Shown here: in pieces, positions 16,090 to 22,984 of the stretch
How the letters are laid out: each line of letters begins with the position of its first letter
How positions within the stretch are numbered: position 1 is the first letter of the stretch
Source: Thermotogota bacterium
Lineage (GTDB): Bacteria > Thermotogota > Thermotogae > Petrotogales > Petrotogaceae
Length of the DNA: 22,984 nt
Reading direction: 5' to 3'
Assembly: GCA_051748045.1 (NCBI GenBank)
Contig: JBNJGY010000034.1
Coordinates: 1-22,984 of the forward strand
Notes under the pieces: generated by a model
The model's database searches: none
Told to the model about the DNA's origin: nothing
Seen by the model: the letters and a program-made list of their open reading frames with translations, nothing else
Made by a program: the position numbers and the translations under genes

Positions 16090-17013
16090 TTGAAAAAAGT
16101 ACTACTATTTTTGACTTTGATTTTTATAATGTTGACTTTTGTTGCTTGCGAACCAAAAGAGGTAGATGAATTAACTATAGGTATATTACCAGATGTAGAT
16201 TCTATACCTTTTATTATTGCAAAAGAAAAAGGGTATTTCGAGGAAGAAAACGTGAATGTTAATCTAGAATATTTTAAAAGCCCAGTAAATAGAGATAGTG
16301 CTTTACAAAGCGGAAATCTAGATGCTGCTATTTCTGATGTCTTGGCAGCTGCTTTTGCCAAAGATAATGATTTTGAAATGAATATCACTTCTATGACAAA
16401 TGGTAGTTATAAGCTGATAGTCAACAAGGATGCTGGAATAGATAGCATTCAAGGATTAAAAGATAAAGAAGTTGCTATGTCTAAAAATACTATTATAGAA
16501 TATGCAACAGATATGATGTTAAAAGAGGCTGGAATGAGTTTTGATTATATTGAAAAAGCTATTATACCTCAAATACCAACAAGGCTTGAAATGTTGCAAA
16601 GTGGAAAAGTTACAGCTGCTACTTTACCAGAGCCTTTGGCTACAGTTGCTATAAGTAATGGAGCTGTTTTTATAAATAGCTCAGATAATTTGGGTATAAA
16701 CCCTGGAATATTATTGTTCACTAAAGACGCATTAGAAGAAAAAGAAGAATCAATTAAAAGAATGTATAAAGCTTATAACAAAGCTATTGAATATTTGCAA
16801 CAAAATGATAAAGCTGATTATGTTGATATTTTAATTAGTGAAGCAGGGTTTCCACCTGTTATTGAATCTACTTTGATATTACCTAAATATAACAAAGCTG
16901 AAGCTGTTTCAAAAAATGATTTTAATAATGTAATAGATTGGTTAGTTGAAAAAAATTTAATTGATAAAGAGTATGATTATTCAGATATAGTAAACAACAA
17001 ATTTGTAGACTGA
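16090..17013 (+). CDS. ABC transporter substrate-binding lipoprotein, SsuA/NMT1/THI5 (NitT/TauT) type
   Basis: Lipobox FVAC, PFIIAKEKGYFEE, ALQSGNLDA, LPEPLA. TTG start 1 nt after the ubiX stop, behind GGAGG. Confidence 0.9.
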   Translation: MKKVLLFLTLIFIMLTFVACEPKEVDELTIGILPDVDSIPFIIAKEKGYFEEENVNVNLEYFKSPVNRDSALQSGNLDAAISDVLAAAFAKDNDFEMNITSMTNGSYKLIVNKDAGIDSIQGLKDKEVAMSKNTIIEYATDMMLKEAGMSFDYIEKAIIPQIPTRLEMLQSGKVTAATLPEPLATVAISNGAVFINSSDNLGINPGILLFTKDALEEKEESIKRMYKAYNKAIEYLQQNDKADYVDILISEAGFPPVIESTLILPKYNKAEAVSKNDFNNVIDWLVEKNLIDKEYDYSDIVNNKFVD

Positions 17014-17015
17014 TT

Positions 17016-17747
17016 ATGGTTTTAATTGACTCTCTAAGTTTTAGTTATACAGATAAAAATGTATTAAATAATATTAATCTAAAACTATATGATGGAGATA
17101 TTATCTCAATTATTGGGCCCTCTGGGTCTGGTAAAAGTACTTTTTTAAAAATATTATCAGGTATAATTAATGATTATAATGGTTCTATATCAATAGATAA
17201 TGAAAACATAAATCCAAAAATACACAATATTGGTTTTATTCCACAACATTATGGTTTATTACCTTGGAAAAATGTTTTTGATAACATAAAAATTTCTTTA
17301 AAAATTAAAAATATTGAAAATGAAAAAATTATATTTAACTTAAGCAAAAGGTTGGGCATAGATGATATTTTAAACAAATATCCTAATCAAATCAGTGGCG
17401 GGCAAAAACAAAGGGTTGCAATTGCAAGAACCTTTTCAATTAATCCATCTTTATTGTTAATGGATGAACCTTTTTCAGCTTTAGATGCTATAAATAGAGA
17501 AGAATTACAAGATAATTTTTTAAACGCTTGGAAAAATGAAGAGTTTACTACAATTTTAATTACTCATAGTGTTCAAGAAGCTCTATTTTTAACAAAAACT
17601 ATCTATGTTTTAGACAAAAATGGGTCTTTTTCAAAAATATTCCAAAATCCATTTTTTGGTATTAGGCTGGAAGAACTTAATAAAGAATATTTTGATTTGT
17701 TGAATAATATCAAAAAAAGTATTAAAGGAGATTATAAGAATGAATAG
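17016..17747 (+). CDS. ABC transporter ATP-binding protein, NitT/TauT family
   Basis: Walker A GPSGSGKST, ISGGQKQR, LLMDEPFSALD, ITH, LLPWKNV. Confidence 0.95.
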   Translation: MVLIDSLSFSYTDKNVLNNINLKLYDGDIISIIGPSGSGKSTFLKILSGIINDYNGSISIDNENINPKIHNIGFIPQHYGLLPWKNVFDNIKISLKIKNIENEKIIFNLSKRLGIDDILNKYPNQISGGQKQRVAIARTFSINPSLLLMDEPFSALDAINREELQDNFLNAWKNEEFTTILITHSVQEALFLTKTIYVLDKNGSFSKIFQNPFFGIRLEELNKEYFDLLNNIKKSIKGDYKNE

Positions 17748-18486
17748 ATTAAAAAACAATCTTCTAAAAATACTTTATGCGATACTTTTTCTTTTTGCTT
17801 TGTGGTATTTGATTAGTTTATTGGTTAATAGACCTATCATTCCTTATCCGCATATTGTTTTCTTTGATTTATTAAAGGGAAACAACTCACTTTTTTTTAA
17901 TTTAAACTACAGTATTTTTAGAATTTTTTTCGGTATATTTTTCGCAATTTTAATTGGCTATCCAATAGGGTTGTTTATGGGTTTTTATAAGAAAATCGAT
18001 AAAATTTTTAGCCCAATTATCTATTTGACTTATCCCATTCCAAAAATAGCACTTTTACCAATAGTCATGCTATTATTCGGTCTAGGAGATCTTCCAAAGA
18101 TTATAATGATTGTTTTGATAATTATTTTTCAAATTATTCTAGCAACCAGAGATGGTGTGAAAGAAATAGATTCAGAAGTTTATCACACCTTTTACTCACT
18201 CGGTGCAAACAACGTCCAAATCTTTTCAAATATAATTATTCCAGCAACTTTACCAAAAGTTTTGACCTCTTTGAGGATTGCAGTTGGTACTTCGATTTCA
18301 GTTTTGTTTTTCACAGAAACTTTTGGCACAGAACATGGTATGGGGTTTTATATTGTAGATGCTTGGATGAGATTTAATTATGTTGAAATGTATGGCGGAA
18401 TTATGATTCTAAGTTTATTAGGACTTTTTATATTTTTCTTTTTAGATATATTACAATGGGTTTTATGCCCTTGGAATAGACAGTAA
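17740..18486 (+). CDS. ABC transporter permease, NitT/TauT family
   Basis: TM helices, YPIPKIALLP, SLGA...IIIPATLP EAA-like loop, GMGFYI. Confidence 0.93.
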   Translation: MNRLKNNLLKILYAILFLFALWYLISLLVNRPIIPYPHIVFFDLLKGNNSLFFNLNYSIFRIFFGIFFAILIGYPIGLFMGFYKKIDKIFSPIIYLTYPIPKIALLPIVMLLFGLGDLPKIIMIVLIIIFQIILATRDGVKEIDSEVYHTFYSLGANNVQIFSNIIIPATLPKVLTSLRIAVGTSISVLFFTETFGTEHGMGFYIVDAWMRFNYVEMYGGIMILSLLGLFIFFFLDILQWVLCPWNRQ

Positions 18487-18517
18487 AAAACCGACACTTA
18501 AAAGTGTCGGTTTTATT
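18485..18517. terminator. Bidirectional terminator
   Basis: AAAAAACCGACACTT-aa-AAGTGTCGGTTTTATTT between the convergent permease and mgsA genes. Confidence 0.9.
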
Positions 18518-18910
18518 TTATTCTGAAAGTTTCTTTTCTATTTCTATTGCCAATGCCTCTGCAGTTGCTAGGTTAGTAGCAAGAGGTATATTGTGAACAT
18601 CACAAACTCTCAAAAAAGCTGATACATCAGGCTCATGTGGCTGAGCTGTTAATGGATCTCTCAAAAAGATAACGAAATCAATTTGACCTGTCACCAACAA
18701 AGATCCTATTTGAAGGTCTCCACCTATTGGACCAGATTCATAAGTTTTTATATTAAAACCTACTTTTTCTCTTAAGAGTTTACCAGTTGATTTAGTAGCA
18801 TGTAAACTACATTTGTTAAACACTTCTTTCCATTCTTTAGCAAACATTACTAAATCAAGTTTTTTCTTATCATGTGCTATTAAAGCAACATCTATATTTT
18901 TGTCTTCCAT
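18518..18910 (-). CDS. mgsA: Methylglyoxal synthase
   Basis: ALIAHDKKK, ATKSTG, SGPIGGDLQIG, DPLTAQPHEPD, PLATNLATA. Confidence 0.96.
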   Translation of the reverse strand: MEDKNIDVALIAHDKKKLDLVMFAKEWKEVFNKCSLHATKSTGKLLREKVGFNIKTYESGPIGGDLQIGSLLVTGQIDFVIFLRDPLTAQPHEPDVSAFLRVCDVHNIPLATNLATAEALAIEIEKKLSE

Positions 18911-18914
18911 TAAA

Positions 18915-19919
18915 TTACATCTCTTTGTTTGCAACAGCTTTTATCATTTTTACTGTGTTTAATACATCTTCATAAGAAACCATTTCGTGTGGTGAATGAA
19001 TATATCTAGTTGCAATTGAAATCGTACATACAGGAATTCCTGATTTACTTCTTTGGTATCCCATTGCATTTGTTCCTCCGCCAAATAATACTTCAAATTG
19101 GTAAGGAATTTTTTCTTCAACGGCTGAATTTTTAATAAATTCAACTACGTTTCTATCTGAAATAGTTGCATTATCTTTTATTTTTATACAAGGGCCATCT
19201 CCCAATTTCATGCTCATTCTTTTTATGCCTTTTGGAGTATCTAATGCCATTGTTACATCTATTGCTATTGCCATATCAACTTCATAATCGTATGATGCAA
19301 CTGAAGCACCAACAATTCCAACTTCTTCTTGGACTGTGAAAGCAAAAATTACGTTGTTTTTTGGTTTATCCATTTCTTTTATAGCTTGGATCATTGTAGC
19401 ACAAGCAACTCTATCATCCATTGCTTTTGATACAATATGGTCTCCTAAGTCATGAAATCCTGTAGCGTAAGTTCCGAAAGTACCTATTGGAGCTTTTTCT
19501 TCAGCTTCTTCTCTTGTTTTAGCCCCGATATCAACAAATAAAACATCTAAATTTAAATGAGTTGAATTTTCTCTAAGGTCTTTTACAGTTTCTCCCTCAA
19601 TTCCTACTACTCCAACATTTCCGTTGAATTGAAATTGTGTTCCAATTAGATTTAAAGGATTTTGACCGCCAACAGCGTCTACTTTTAAAAACCCATTATC
19701 TGTGATATGAGTTACTACAAGTCCAATTTCATCCATATGCCCATCAAATAATACTGTTTTATCTGAGTCACCTTTTTTAATAGCTATTAAATTTCCCAAT
19801 TTGTCTACTTTTATTTCGTCTACATGATCTTTTATTTCTGATGTTATAAATTCTCTTATTTCATCTTCTCTACCACTTGGTGAGTATATTTCAGTTATTT
19901 TTTTTATTAATTCTTTCAT
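18915..19919 (-). CDS. M42-family (TET-like) metallo-aminopeptidase
   Basis: PSGRE, HMDEIG, KAMDDR, QEEVG, IDVT, GGTN, RYIHSP. Confidence 0.95.
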   Translation of the reverse strand: MKELIKKITEIYSPSGREDEIREFITSEIKDHVDEIKVDKLGNLIAIKKGDSDKTVLFDGHMDEIGLVVTHITDNGFLKVDAVGGQNPLNLIGTQFQFNGNVGVVGIEGETVKDLRENSTHLNLDVLFVDIGAKTREEAEEKAPIGTFGTYATGFHDLGDHIVSKAMDDRVACATMIQAIKEMDKPKNNVIFAFTVQEEVGIVGASVASYDYEVDMAIAIDVTMALDTPKGIKRMSMKLGDGPCIKIKDNATISDRNVVEFIKNSAVEEKIPYQFEVLFGGGTNAMGYQRSKSGIPVCTISIATRYIHSPHEMVSYEDVLNTVKMIKAVANKEM

Positions 19920-20947
19920 TCTGCAATCATCCTCCCATCAATTAACAATTTCTCAGTTATTTTATATACACTGTCATAATCTTTTAAATTGATTATTGTA
20001 TTTGGTGAATGTAAATATCTACATGGAACAGAAATAACTCCAGCTGGGATACCCCCTAAGGTTCTTGCAAGTCTTGCTGCATCCGTTCCACCTGCTGTTC
20101 TCATTTTGTACTGATATTTAATATTCATTTCTTTAGCTGTTGAAACTATATTTTCAAATATTTTTCTTTCAAGTACAACTCCTGAATGCATAAAAGTTAA
20201 AACAGGGCCATCTCCAAGATGTGTAGCCCATTTTTCTGGCTCGTTTTCAGGATTATCTCCAGCAGTAGTGCCTTCTAAGATTAAAGCAGCGTCTGGATCA
20301 ATATATTCAGCTGCAACACCACTACCTCTCAGACCAGTTTCTTCTTGTACTACGAAAGCAAAATAAGTATCGTATTCAGGTTTTGTGTTATTTTCTTTGA
20401 AACTTTCAAGAACATTCATCATTACTGTACAACCTGCTCTGTCATCAAAAGCTTTTGATAAAGCATAGTCTCCATTTTCATGATATTCAACATCAAAAGT
20501 AACCATGTCTCCAAGGCTTACCTTTTCTTTTGCATCTTCATCTTTTTTGAAACCACATTCGATTTTTAAAGAATCGTATTTTGCTACTGAAGAAGTTTCT
20601 TTTTCAAGATGTATCGGTTTTGAATTTACTACTGCTGGTATCTCGTTGTTGATAAGTAGTCTTTGAGATTTTACAACTCTTGGATCTACTCCGCCAACCA
20701 TTGAGATTCCGAGTTTTCCGTCTTTATGAATTTTTGTTACCAAAAATCCAACTTCATCCATATGAGCAGCTACCATTATTCTTTTTGAGCTGTTTTTACC
20801 TTTTTTTAAAACTATCATGTTTCCCATTACATCTTCATATATATCATCGTATAGTCCATCTATTTTTTCTTTTATAAATTCTTTTACTTTTTCTTCATGA
20901 CCTGATACTCCCATTAATTCAGTCATTTCTTTTAAATATTTTCTCAT
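19916..20947 (-). CDS. M42-family metallo-aminopeptidase
   Basis: VSGHE, AHMDEVG, KAFDDRAG, QEETGLRG, GGTDA, RYLHSP. ATGA overlap with the neighbouring gene. Confidence 0.95.
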   Translation of the reverse strand: MRKYLKEMTELMGVSGHEEKVKEFIKEKIDGLYDDIYEDVMGNMIVLKKGKNSSKRIMVAAHMDEVGFLVTKIHKDGKLGISMVGGVDPRVVKSQRLLINNEIPAVVNSKPIHLEKETSSVAKYDSLKIECGFKKDEDAKEKVSLGDMVTFDVEYHENGDYALSKAFDDRAGCTVMMNVLESFKENNTKPEYDTYFAFVVQEETGLRGSGVAAEYIDPDAALILEGTTAGDNPENEPEKWATHLGDGPVLTFMHSGVVLERKIFENIVSTAKEMNIKYQYKMRTAGGTDAARLARTLGGIPAGVISVPCRYLHSPNTIINLKDYDSVYKITEKLLIDGRMIAE

Positions 20948-21966
20948 TTCTTTTCACCTTCTTCATATGCGTATAAAGCAAGAAGTTTTGCTGTTAAATC
21001 TATATCTTTTTCATTTACTACTTCAACAGGTGAATGCATGTTGTAGATTGGTATTGATAGAACTCCTGTTTTAACTCCTGTTTTTACCAACTGAACAACA
21101 TCCGTTTCTGTTCCTGTTCTCATAGGTAAAACTTCCGTTTGATGATCTATATTTTCATTTTTCACTATGTCTTTCAATTTTTTATATACTTCTTTATTTA
21201 TAGCTGCTCCTACTCCTATAGCAGGACCCTTTCCAATTTTCATTGTTTCCATATTAGAAGGTAGATCTTCAGCAAAAGTAACATCAACTATTATTGCGTT
21301 ATCTGGATAAATATCGTAAGCCATACCTTTAGCTCCAACAAGACCTACTTCTTCTCCCTTGTTGAAAGAAAGATATAATGTACCGTTGAATTTGAATTTT
21401 TTTAAGTATTCTAAAGCTTTGATAATAGAAACTACGCCAGCTCTATTGTCTATTGCTTTTCCAGATATATTTTTATTTTTTAAATCTTTTGATTTTGATT
21501 CAACTACTCCAATATCACCAACATTTATATCATCTGTTCCTCCGGATATTGAAAAATCTACAAATAATTCATCAAAAGATGGAGATTGTCCTCTTTTGTC
21601 TTTATCTTGCAAATGAGGAGCAAGCATACCTATTACTCCCAGTTTGTTACCTTTCTCTGTTTTAAAAACTACTCTTTTTGCTATCAATGTTCTTGGATCT
21701 ACTCCACCAACCATTTCAACTCTTGCAAAGTCTTTGTCTACTATTTTAGATATTGCTATACCGATTTCATCTATATGTGCAAAAAAGGCAATTTTTTTAT
21801 CCCCATTTCCATATTTTGCAACTAGACTTCCTGTTCCTCTTTTCGATATTTCTATATCTGAATCCATATCTTTTAATGTTTCTTCAACTATAGAGTATGT
21901 GTTATGCTCCCAAGAACTAACGCCAAAACTGTCTGATAGTTTTTTTAATATCTCAGAAATATCCAT
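20944..21966 (-). CDS. M42-family metallo-aminopeptidase
   Basis: AHIDEIG, GGVDP, KAIDNRAG, EEVG, VDVT, NMHSP. Confidence 0.93.
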   Translation of the reverse strand: MDISEILKKLSDSFGVSSWEHNTYSIVEETLKDMDSDIEISKRGTGSLVAKYGNGDKKIAFFAHIDEIGIAISKIVDKDFARVEMVGGVDPRTLIAKRVVFKTEKGNKLGVIGMLAPHLQDKDKRGQSPSFDELFVDFSISGGTDDINVGDIGVVESKSKDLKNKNISGKAIDNRAGVVSIIKALEYLKKFKFNGTLYLSFNKGEEVGLVGAKGMAYDIYPDNAIIVDVTFAEDLPSNMETMKIGKGPAIGVGAAINKEVYKKLKDIVKNENIDHQTEVLPMRTGTETDVVQLVKTGVKTGVLSIPIYNMHSPVEVVNEKDIDLTAKLLALYAYEEGEKK

Positions 21967-21983
21967 TACAAAACCTCCTCGTA

Positions 21984-22586
21984 TTAAAGTTCTAAAGATT
22001 CTACAAGAGCTTTGTCGTTTTCGACTCTTATAGACACTGGAGAATCAGGCCATTCATAATTGAAAAATGGTATTTCAGCAATTTCAATTAACGAAGATTC
22101 CATTTTTGAAGCGATAATAAAAGCATTTCTTTTGTTCGTAAGACCTGCTCTAATTACTCCAAATACTTTTCCATATACAATTACGCTACCTCCAGCGTTT
22201 ACTTCAGCATTTGCATTAACATTACCAAATACTATGATGTCACCCGGATTATCTATAACCTGTCCGGATCTTACATGTTTTCTATATATTTTTGTGCTTG
22301 AAAGGTCAAGTTCTTTTTTCTCGCTCTTTGAAGGAGGTAATTCCCCAAAATAAGCTCCTGCTAACTTAAGATCAAGAGTTTTTGCAAACTTTGCAATTTT
22401 AGGGAGAAGATTGTATTGACTTTCGTCCTTTAAATAAATGTAAAAACTGTCCCCAAATTTGAAAAAGTTTTTCATCATGTTTAACTTTTTTTGAAAATAT
22501 TCTAACAAATCTTTTTGAGTGTAACCCTCTTCAAAGTAAAATACGATGTCTCCATCAACGATTTTAGCGAATATAAAATCTTCCAT
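21984..22586 (-). CDS. minC: Septum site-determining protein MinC
   Basis: C-terminal beta-helix signature VRSGQVI...GDIIVFGNVNANAEVNAGGSVIVYGKVFGVIRAG. Confidence 0.93.
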   Translation of the reverse strand: MEDFIFAKIVDGDIVFYFEEGYTQKDLLEYFQKKLNMMKNFFKFGDSFYIYLKDESQYNLLPKIAKFAKTLDLKLAGAYFGELPPSKSEKKELDLSSTKIYRKHVRSGQVIDNPGDIIVFGNVNANAEVNAGGSVIVYGKVFGVIRAGLTNKRNAFIIASKMESSLIEIAEIPFFNYEWPDSPVSIRVENDKALVESLEL

Positions 22587-22804
22587 ATTGTCACTCCCCC
22601 CAACAAACTTCTTTCTCTAATATAATACCACAAAAAGTTTTCTCATTAATATTGGAAATAAAGAAAAGAGAGTCAATTAGCGTGAAATTTTTTTCATTAT
22701 GTAACCAAAATACTATTATAATAAGCATTTATGAATTTGTATTATTACGAATATTATTGTAAAATAAAAATGTATATATTAAATATTTTTTTGGGGGTGC
22801 AATA

Positions 22805-22984
22805 ATGGCACAGAATGATGATTTTGAAAAAATTGTCGAACAGAAAAAAGATTGGGAAAAGAACCAGGTAGAAAAAACCACAAAAAGATTTCCAGAAAGA
22901 AAAGAAGAGTTCAAAGGTACTTTTGATGAAGAAATTAAAAGATTGTACACACCAAATGATACAAAAGATATTGATTATTTAAAA
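22805..22984 (+). CDS. Methylmalonyl-CoA mutase family, substrate-binding subunit, N-terminus (runs off the right edge)
   Basis: Not in the ORF track. ATG 22805 behind GGGGGTG translates as MAQNDDFEKIVEQKKDWEKNQVEKTTKRFPERKEEFKGTFDEEIKRLYTPNDTKDIDYLK. The RFPERK..F.....IKRLYTP.D pattern is typical of split MCM alpha subunits. Confidence 0.8.
   Translation, partial: MAQNDDFEKIVEQKKDWEKNQVEKTTKRFPERKEEFKGTFDEEIKRLYTPNDTKDIDYLK

Noticed and set aside
16090-17013. Possibility that the SBP-fold protein is the enzyme MqnA or MqnD, which share a periplasmic-binding fold
   Set aside because: It has a lipoprotein signal peptide and is followed by a cognate ATPase and permease, so it is a transport receptor.
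3019-22353. Other short ORFs in the track overlapping long genes (e.g. 3019, 3799, 5494, 5703, 6434, 10281, 11229, 11587, 13131, 15181, 15749, 16032, 18959, 20680, 21359-22353)
   Set aside because: They lie antisense or out of frame within well-supported genes and have no recognisable motifs.
22680-22698. GTGAAATTTTTTTCAT upstream of the mutase as a Rex or cre box
   Set aside because: The spacer is 6 rather than 4 nt for Rex and it lacks the central CG of cre. The AT-rich context makes chance likely.
22729-22950. Minus-strand 73-aa ORF
   Set aside because: Antisense shadow of the methylmalonyl-CoA mutase start at 22805.

Overview
AT-rich bacterial chromosomal window. The minC plus three M42 peptidase block, the Shine-Dalgarno usage and the low GC suggest Thermotogota, probably a low-GC Petrotogales member; this is inferred, not verified. 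From left to right: the 5' end of a divergent ornithine-carbamoyltransferase-family gene; an accessory islet (two GNATs, Fe-S flavoprotein, ICMT-like, APH-like kinase, DUF6485, divergent TetR pair each with tandem palindromic operators, DUF6544); a GAF-GGDEF cyclase convergent with a large GH-A-clan-like lipoprotein; an isolated rmlD; a DsrE-like gene; a six-gene operon of ubiD(mqnL-like), ubiA(mqnP-like), ubiX and a NitT/TauT-type ABC importer; mgsA, three M42 peptidases and minC; and the start of a methylmalonyl-CoA mutase subunit. The best candidate for an undescribed system is the UbiD/UbiA/UbiX plus ABC importer operon, which looks like an 'import, prenylate, decarboxylate' quinone-precursor salvage module. 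Also notable are a candidate ~75-nt anti-SD sRNA at ~1460-1533 and two degenerate copies of a REP-like element. No CRISPR array, tRNA, rRNA or transposase was seen.
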